Below are positions 27,830-33,239 of a stretch of 33,239 bases of DNA, piece by piece (within the stretch, counting starts at the first letter, position 1; each line of letters begins with the position of its first letter). Location: assembly GCA_016939415.1 (NCBI GenBank), contig JAFGGZ010000035.1, forward strand, positions 1 through 33,239, written 5' to 3'. A program made the translations under genes and the position numbers. Origin of the DNA: Candidatus Iainarchaeum sp. (GTDB lineage Archaea; B1Sed10-29; WALL01). The notes beneath the pieces were generated by a model that worked only from the letters and a program-made list of their open reading frames with translations, was not told the DNA's origin and made no database searches.

Positions 27830-28351
27830 ATGACCCAGAACACGACTTACACAATGCGATTCAGGAGAAGGCGGGAGGGTAAAACAGATTACCACAGGCG
27901 CCTTAGACTGCTGAAATCGAGGATTCCCAGATTTGTCGTCAGGGTCCTGCCGCGCCAAGTGATCACCCAAGTCATAAACTTTAACGAGAAGGGCGACAAC
28001 GTCGAAGCATGCGCATCCTCACTCGAGCTCAAGAAGTACGGCTGGAAGGTTCACACGGGAAACGTGAGCGCTGCTTACCTCACGGGGTTCATGTGCGGCC
28101 TGAGGGCGAAGAAGAGGGGCATATCCGAAGCCGTGCTGGACATAGGCCTGCACACCCCAGTATATGGCTCGAACGTCTTCGCTGCCCTTAAGGGCGCGCT
28201 GGACGCGGGCATAAACATTCCACACGACGAGAAGTGCCTGCCAGCAGAAGAAAAGATAAAAGGCAGGATTCTGGCTCAGAACCTGGGCCGCGAAGAGATC
28301 CAAAAGCAGTTCGAGGCCGTCATGAGCGAGATAGAGAAGAAGGTGAAGTGA
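27830..28351 (+). CDS. rpl18: 50S ribosomal protein L18 (uL18)
   Basis: RRRREGKTDY..RL.LL, AAYLTG, LDIGL, FAALKGALDAG. Confidence 0.96.
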   Translation: MTQNTTYTMRFRRRREGKTDYHRRLRLLKSRIPRFVVRVLPRQVITQVINFNEKGDNVEACASSLELKKYGWKVHTGNVSAAYLTGFMCGLRAKKRGISEAVLDIGLHTPVYGSNVFAALKGALDAGINIPHDEKCLPAEEKIKGRILAQNLGREEIQKQFEAVMSEIEKKVK

Positions 28352-28352
28352 A

Positions 28353-29015
28353 ATGCCACCAAAAAGAAAGAAGAGGGAAAGCCGGAGACAAGAAGACCGT
28401 GAGGCAATGCTCACGGCATGGGTTCCGAGAACCAAGGCAGGCAAGCTTGTGCAGGCACAGGAGATCACTTCGCTCGACCAGGTATTCAAGATGAACATCC
28501 CCGTCATGGAGCCGGAGATAGTGGATTACCTCATGCCGAACATTTCCGAGGAAGTCCTTAACGTGGCAGCTGTCCAGCGCACGACTGATGCTGGGCGCAA
28601 GAGACAATTCCAAGTGACTGCGGTCGTCGGCAACAAAGACGGCTTCGTCGGCGTCGGGGTCGGAAAGGGCCCCAATGTCAAGCAGGCAATAGAAAACTCA
28701 ATGCGGAAGGCCAGACTGAACATCACCCCCATACAGCGCGGTTGCGGTTCGTGGCAATGCGGTTGCGGCTCAGAACATTCAGTGCCATTCAAATGCGTTG
28801 GGAAGTGCGGGTCTGTGAGGATTTACCTGATGCCCGCACCGAAGGGAACAGGCATCATGGCCGGGGACACAACAAAAAAAGTCCTGGAACTGGCCGGAGT
28901 GAGAGACGTGTGGACCCGCAGCAGCGGGAACACGAGAACAGTCTTCAACGCAGCCAGGGCAACTGTCGAAGCGCTCAAGAACACGAAAGAACTCAAGACA
29001 GGTGAGGTCATATGA
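28353..29015 (+). CDS. rps5: 30S ribosomal protein S5 (uS5)
   Basis: WVPRTKAG, QRTTDAGR, RGCGSWQCGC, PAPKGTG. Confidence 0.96.
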   Translation: MPPKRKKRESRRQEDREAMLTAWVPRTKAGKLVQAQEITSLDQVFKMNIPVMEPEIVDYLMPNISEEVLNVAAVQRTTDAGRKRQFQVTAVVGNKDGFVGVGVGKGPNVKQAIENSMRKARLNITPIQRGCGSWQCGCGSEHSVPFKCVGKCGSVRIYLMPAPKGTGIMAGDTTKKVLELAGVRDVWTRSSGNTRTVFNAARATVEALKNTKELKTGEVI

Positions 29016-29476
29016 ACAGGATAGCTGTCGTCATGGTGAAAGGACTCATCAACACCCCGCAGACAGTAAAGGACACGCTGAAGATGATTAACCTCACGAA
29101 GGTTAATCACTGCGTTGTTATAGACGACAGGAAAGAGTACAAGGGAATGCTCCAAAAAGCCAAGGACTGCATCACGTGGGGCGAGGTCAGCGGCGACATT
29201 GTTGTGAGGCTTCTGGACAAGAGAGGTAGGATCGTTGGTGACAGGAAGCTGAGCGAGGAATGGCTCAAAGACCACAACTTTAAGTCGATTCAGGCATTCG
29301 CAGACTCATTTATGAAGTTCGAAGCAGAGCTCAGGGATTTGGATGTCAAGCCCGTCTTCAGGCTCGGCCCTCCAAAGAAGGGATACAAAACCACAAAGAA
29401 GACGTTCAGGCAGGGCGGCGACCTGGGATACAGGGGGGAAGCAATAAACGACTTGCTTGCCAGGATGGTGAGGTGA
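29012..29476 (+). CDS. rpl30: 50S ribosomal protein L30 (uL30, archaeal long form)
   Basis: ITWGE, KPVFRLGPPKKG, GGDLGYRG..INDLL.RM. Confidence 0.95.
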   Translation: MNRIAVVMVKGLINTPQTVKDTLKMINLTKVNHCVVIDDRKEYKGMLQKAKDCITWGEVSGDIVVRLLDKRGRIVGDRKLSEEWLKDHNFKSIQAFADSFMKFEAELRDLDVKPVFRLGPPKKGYKTTKKTFRQGGDLGYRGEAINDLLARMVR

Positions 29477-29869
29477 ATGGCGCTCAAGAGCAGGAAGATC
29501 AGGACGAAGCAGAGAGGCACGCGAGTGTGCGGCAGGGGAAAAAAGGGATCACGCAGGCGCGACTCTGGCCGCGGTCTGGCAGGCTCCAAGAAGCACATGT
29601 ACTCCTGGATCCTCAAGAACGACCCTGACCACTTCGGCCGCAGGAAAATGAAGTCCCTGCAGAAGAAGCTCAAGGTCGTCAACGTAGGCTATTTAAATAA
29701 CCTCGCTGTAATGAAGGATGTTAAAGAGCTGGACGTCACAGAGCTGGGCTTCGAGAAAGTGATCGGCGGCGGCAAAGTCGACCAAGCGCTGAAAGTCACC
29801 GCCAAGTCCGTTACAGAGGCTGCCAAGCAGAAGATAGAGACTGCAGGCGGCTCAGTGACACTGGCTTGA
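29477..29869 (+). CDS. rpl15: 50S ribosomal protein L15 (uL15)
   Basis: RGTRVCGRG, GRGLAGSKKH, KVIGGG, A.QKIE.AGG. Confidence 0.93.
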   Translation: MALKSRKIRTKQRGTRVCGRGKKGSRRRDSGRGLAGSKKHMYSWILKNDPDHFGRRKMKSLQKKLKVVNVGYLNNLAVMKDVKELDVTELGFEKVIGGGKVDQALKVTAKSVTEAAKQKIETAGGSVTLA

Positions 29870-29886
29870 GTAAAGCAGGTGTTCCA

Positions 29887-31410
29887 ATGGCCTTTGAGTT
29901 CCTTGACCCGATAATCAAAATGCTTCCAGAGGTGAAGCGGCCTTCCCAGACACCGGACATGAAGAAGCGCATGATATGGGTCGCTGGAGCGCTGCTCATA
30001 TTCTTCATCCTCGGCCAGATAAATCCTGTGGGACTCCTATCGCCAGGAAGGCTTAACGAGATAAAGCTGAGTGACCCTGTGCGATACCAGCAGATCATAG
30101 ATTCACAAGGCGGAGTCATGCAGAGGGTTGGGTTCCTGGAAAGCGTTCAAACCATTCTCGCGTCAAAGATAGGCTCGCTCGCAACCCTGGGTATCGGACC
30201 CATAGTCATGGCATCGATCATCCTGCAACTGCTGGCAGGAGCCGAAATACTCTCCATAGAAAAAGAACGGTACCAGGGAGTGCAAAAGCTGTTCGCGATC
30301 CTGTTCTGCTTCTTCGAAGCAGCCATATACGTGTTCACCGGCTTCATTCCGATCGAGCCATCAGGCATAACGCTGTTCCCTGTCCCGGCGCTGGCAGGCT
30401 TCTTCGAGATGAACGCCATGCTCGTGCTCGCTCAAATCGCGTTAGGCTCCATAGTCCTGCTGTACTTAGACGAAGTCGTGTCCAAGTGGGGATTCGGCTC
30501 GGGAATAGGCTTGTTCATAGTGGCAGGCGTGTCGCAATCAATCATCTACCGCTCGGTGAATCCAGCCGCCGGACTGATACCCACATTCTTCAACACAGTC
30601 ATGTCGACTGGAGCTCTGGACTTCGACCTGCTGGCACCGCTAATCTTCACCTTCATCGTATTCATGGTAGTGGTCTTCGCAGAAGCCATGCGCATAGAAA
30701 TACCGCTGACGCTCGGGCGCATCAGGGGCGTGGGAGGACGATACCCACTCAAGTTCCTGTACGTGTCAAACCTGCCTGTCATACTCGCAGCCGCGCTGTT
30801 CGCAAACGTGCAGCTCTTCGCGTCAGTGCTCAGTAACTGGGGATTCCCGCTGCTAGGCCAATTCGGTCCTGGAGGACAGCCACTCCCCTCGCTCGTGCTA
30901 TCCCTTGACCCGAGCCAATTGTCCTTGCCGCTGGCGTACCTGGTAAAAGCACCCTACGGCATCGTAGGGACGACGACGGCGATACAACAGTACATACTCA
31001 GCCCGAGCGTCGTCGTGCTAGGTTTCATTCCATTGGAGCTCATCCACCTGCTGGGATACGCAACCATACTAATCGCGTGCTGCGTTGTGTTCGGCAAATT
31101 CTGGGTAGAGACCACGAACATGGGATCGTCGCAAGTGGCGAAGCAACTCCAGCAAGTCGGGTTCAGCGTGCCGGGCTTCCGCAGGGACGTGCGCGTCATA
31201 GAGCGCGTGCTGGACAGATACATACCAATAATCACTGTGCTGGGGTCGGCTGCGGTGGGGCTGCTCGCTGCCGGCGCAGACATCACCGGCGCGTTGGGTA
31301 CGGGAACGGGAATTCTGCTGAGCGTAGGCATACTGTACAGGCTGTACGAGGAACTGGCTGCAGCACAACTCTCGGAACTCCATCCTGCGCTGAAGAATTT
31401 CTTGGGGTGA
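29887..31410 (+). CDS. secY: Preprotein translocase subunit SecY
   Basis: LGIGPIVMASIILQLL, SKWGFGSGIGLFI, YPLKFLYVSNLP, PGFRRD, GTGILL; multiple TM helices. Confidence 0.97.
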   Translation: MAFEFLDPIIKMLPEVKRPSQTPDMKKRMIWVAGALLIFFILGQINPVGLLSPGRLNEIKLSDPVRYQQIIDSQGGVMQRVGFLESVQTILASKIGSLATLGIGPIVMASIILQLLAGAEILSIEKERYQGVQKLFAILFCFFEAAIYVFTGFIPIEPSGITLFPVPALAGFFEMNAMLVLAQIALGSIVLLYLDEVVSKWGFGSGIGLFIVAGVSQSIIYRSVNPAAGLIPTFFNTVMSTGALDFDLLAPLIFTFIVFMVVVFAEAMRIEIPLTLGRIRGVGGRYPLKFLYVSNLPVILAAALFANVQLFASVLSNWGFPLLGQFGPGGQPLPSLVLSLDPSQLSLPLAYLVKAPYGIVGTTTAIQQYILSPSVVVLGFIPLELIHLLGYATILIACCVVFGKFWVETTNMGSSQVAKQLQQVGFSVPGFRRDVRVIERVLDRYIPIITVLGSAAVGLLAAGADITGALGTGTGILLSVGILYRLYEELAAAQLSELHPALKNFLG

Positions 31411-31417
31411 ACAAGAC

Positions 31418-31930
31418 ATGATGGAATTGCTAGGGATAAAACTGATTTACCCAACATCCGCCGCGATAGTCGCTGTAGCAGCCATAGGCGTGTCGCTTGT
31501 GTCGATTATGCTGCACGGCAAGATGGTAGACCGATCGAAGATGGACGACGTGAGAAAGCGGGTTGAGGAACACCAGAAGCAGTTCCTCGAAGCGCAGAAG
31601 AACAACGACACGAAGAGAGTGGCCAAGCTGGAGCGCGAACAGGAAGCGATCATGAAAGAAGTGCGCCAGAACATGACAGCCAGCATGAAGCCCACACTCA
31701 TCACCATGCCCATCGTCCTGCTGCTCATATGGTTCCTCGGAGACCAGTTCGGAAAGGTCGGGCCACTGATGGACCTCCCGTTCGGCATTCCATTCCTGAC
31801 GAAAGCAGTCGCAGACGCAGGCATCGTGAACGGCATGGACTGGTTCGCGGTATACCTCGTGTGCGCCCTCACCACAAGCCTGTCGATAGAACTCGTGTTC
31901 CGAAAACTATGGAAAAGGTTGAAGGGATGA
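31418..31930 (+). CDS. DUF106 / EMC3-TMCO1 (Oxa1-superfamily) membrane protein
   Basis: TM - coiled coil - KP..ITMP TM - W..YL TM layout; canonical position downstream of secY. Confidence 0.85.
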   Translation: MMELLGIKLIYPTSAAIVAVAAIGVSLVSIMLHGKMVDRSKMDDVRKRVEEHQKQFLEAQKNNDTKRVAKLEREQEAIMKEVRQNMTASMKPTLITMPIVLLLIWFLGDQFGKVGPLMDLPFGIPFLTKAVADAGIVNGMDWFAVYLVCALTTSLSIELVFRKLWKRLKG

Positions 31931-32466
31931 TAATCACCATAGGCGGCCTTCACTGCGCCGGGCGCTCCACTGTCGCAAAGCTTCTCTCGGAAAAAACAGG
32001 GTTCAGGCACGTCAGCGTGGGGGACGTGGCAAGAAAGATGGCCATGGAAAAGGGCATGAGCATAGAAGAGTTCAATACGTACTTGGAGAAGCACTTGGAA
32101 GAAGACAAGGAACTCGACCGACGGATGCTCGCAGAAGCAAGCGGCGACGTCATCCTGGAAGGCAATCTCTGCGGCGCGCTCCTCCCGAAAGCGGATATAA
32201 AAATCTGGTTGACAGCAGATCCCCGGACCCGCGCCGAGCGAAGGATGATCAAGCAACGCTTCGGCGACAAGCCGTCAGGAAGCATTGAGGATGCGGAAAA
32301 AGAGCTGAAGCAGAGGGAGGAGAGCGAGAGGAAGAGGTACGAGAAGATGTACGGCATCAATCTCTCTGACCTCAGTGCGTATGACTTGATAATCAACACA
32401 GGCGAGTGGCCCGCCAAAAGCGTGGCCAGCATCATTCTCGAAGCTGTGGAAAGGAGGAATGAGTGA
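31927..32466 (+). CDS. cmk: Cytidylate kinase (archaeal type)
   Basis: MIITIGG...G.STVAK, D.ELD, ILEG, RE.SE.KRY..MYGI..SDLS.YDLIINT. ATGA overlap with the upstream gene. Confidence 0.93.
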   Translation: MIITIGGLHCAGRSTVAKLLSEKTGFRHVSVGDVARKMAMEKGMSIEEFNTYLEKHLEEDKELDRRMLAEASGDVILEGNLCGALLPKADIKIWLTADPRTRAERRMIKQRFGDKPSGSIEDAEKELKQREESERKRYEKMYGINLSDLSAYDLIINTGEWPAKSVASIILEAVERRNE

Positions 32467-32621
32467 TGTTGTTAAAGAAAGGAACTAAGTGCGTGAAGAC
32501 ATCCGGACGCGAGAAAGGCAAGAACGTCAGGATAGTCGAGGTAATCGACGAGAACTTCGTCCTCGTAGAAGGGGATGGCGTCAAGAAGCGCAGATGCAAC
32601 GTCAAGCACCTGAAGTGTTGA
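32466..32621 (+). CDS. rpl14e: 50S ribosomal protein L14e, short 51-aa form (absent from the ORF track)
   Basis: Manual translation MLLKKGTKCVKTSGREKGKNVRIVEVIDENFVLVEGDGVKKRRCNVKHLKC*. KOW core and KRRCN..HL motif; canonical cmk-L14e-cbf5 order. Confidence 0.88.
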   Translation: MLLKKGTKCVKTSGREKGKNVRIVEVIDENFVLVEGDGVKKRRCNVKHLKC

Positions 32622-32623
32622 CG

Positions 32624-33239
32624 ATGGATGGTTTCATAGTCCTCAACAAGCCGTTGGGGCCTTCCTCACACGAAGTCACTGCGTGGGCGGGGAAGCTTCT
32701 GGATTCGAAAGCGGGCCACGCAGGAACGTTGGACCCTCAGGCCGGCGGAGTCCTCGTCATCGCCCTTGGGAGAGCGATGAAGACCCTACTGGCGTTGTCA
32801 GAGTGCGACAAAGAATACGTTTGCGTGGCCAGGTTCGAGAAGGACGTTGACGCAGAACAACTGAAGAAAACACTGAAGGAGTTCACCGGCAGGATATACC
32901 AGACCCCCCCGAAAGAGAGTGCTGTGAGGAAAGTCATGCGCACGCGCGTCGTGCACCGGACCAAGCTCCTGGAAGTGGCTGGTCGGCTGGCATTGTTCCG
33001 CGCGCACGTCCAGCACGGCACGTACATACGAACACTATGCTCTGACATGGGAGAGGTGATGGGGAACGCCTGCGAGATGCTTGAGCTGCTGCGCACGCGA
33101 GCAGGGCCGTTCTCAGAGATGGTCACGCTGCAGGATGTGGCGGACGAGCCGGATAAATTCATCATGCCAATAGAAGCAGGAGTAAAGCAATTGAAGAAGA
33201 TAGTGGTGAGAGATTCGGCAGTGTCTGCTATCGCGCACG
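32624..33239 (+). CDS. truB: Pseudouridine synthase Cbf5/TruB; 3' end outside window
   Basis: Manual translation MDGFIVLNKPLGPSSHEV...KAGHAGTLDP (catalytic Asp)...KEY...IYQTPPKESAV...GTYIRTLC..ELLRTRAGPF. Open to the window end. Confidence 0.95.
   Translation, partial: MDGFIVLNKPLGPSSHEVTAWAGKLLDSKAGHAGTLDPQAGGVLVIALGRAMKTLLALSECDKEYVCVARFEKDVDAEQLKKTLKEFTGRIYQTPPKESAVRKVMRTRVVHRTKLLEVAGRLALFRAHVQHGTYIRTLCSDMGEVMGNACEMLELLRTRAGPFSEMVTLQDVADEPDKFIMPIEAGVKQLKKIVVRDSAVSAIAH

Overview
Archaeal chromosomal window made almost entirely of core information-processing genes on the + strand. It opens with the RNA polymerase/str cluster: 3' end of rpoB'', rpoB', rpoA', rpoA'', L30e, NusA, S12, S7, EF-2, EF-1alpha, S10, tRNA-Ser(UGA). 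A ~7 kb accessory block follows (11.7-18.5 kb), then the large ribosomal cluster from L3 to L15, secY, a DUF106/EMC3-TMCO1 insertase, cmk, a short L14e and the start of cbf5/truB. The accessory block holds a hairpin-rich spacer, two orphan genes, a Cys-rich surface protein, a tail-anchored acidic protein, and the most interesting unit: a translationally coupled archease - basic class I SAM methyltransferase - RtcB operon whose RtcB is interrupted by a 489-aa LAGLIDADG intein just before the metal-binding Cys. Other points worth checking are a structured ~95-nt leader upstream of L3, paired truncations at the L14e/Cbf5 junction, an acidic tail on RpoA', and a 7-aa insertion in EF-1alpha. Split rpoB and rpoA, the short (non-eocyte) EF-1alpha signature, the S7 insertion and the absence of adk/L34e from the cluster suggest a non-TACK archaeon, plausibly DPANN (Micrarchaeota/Iainarchaeota-like). 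That assignment is an inference from remembered family features; no database search was run.
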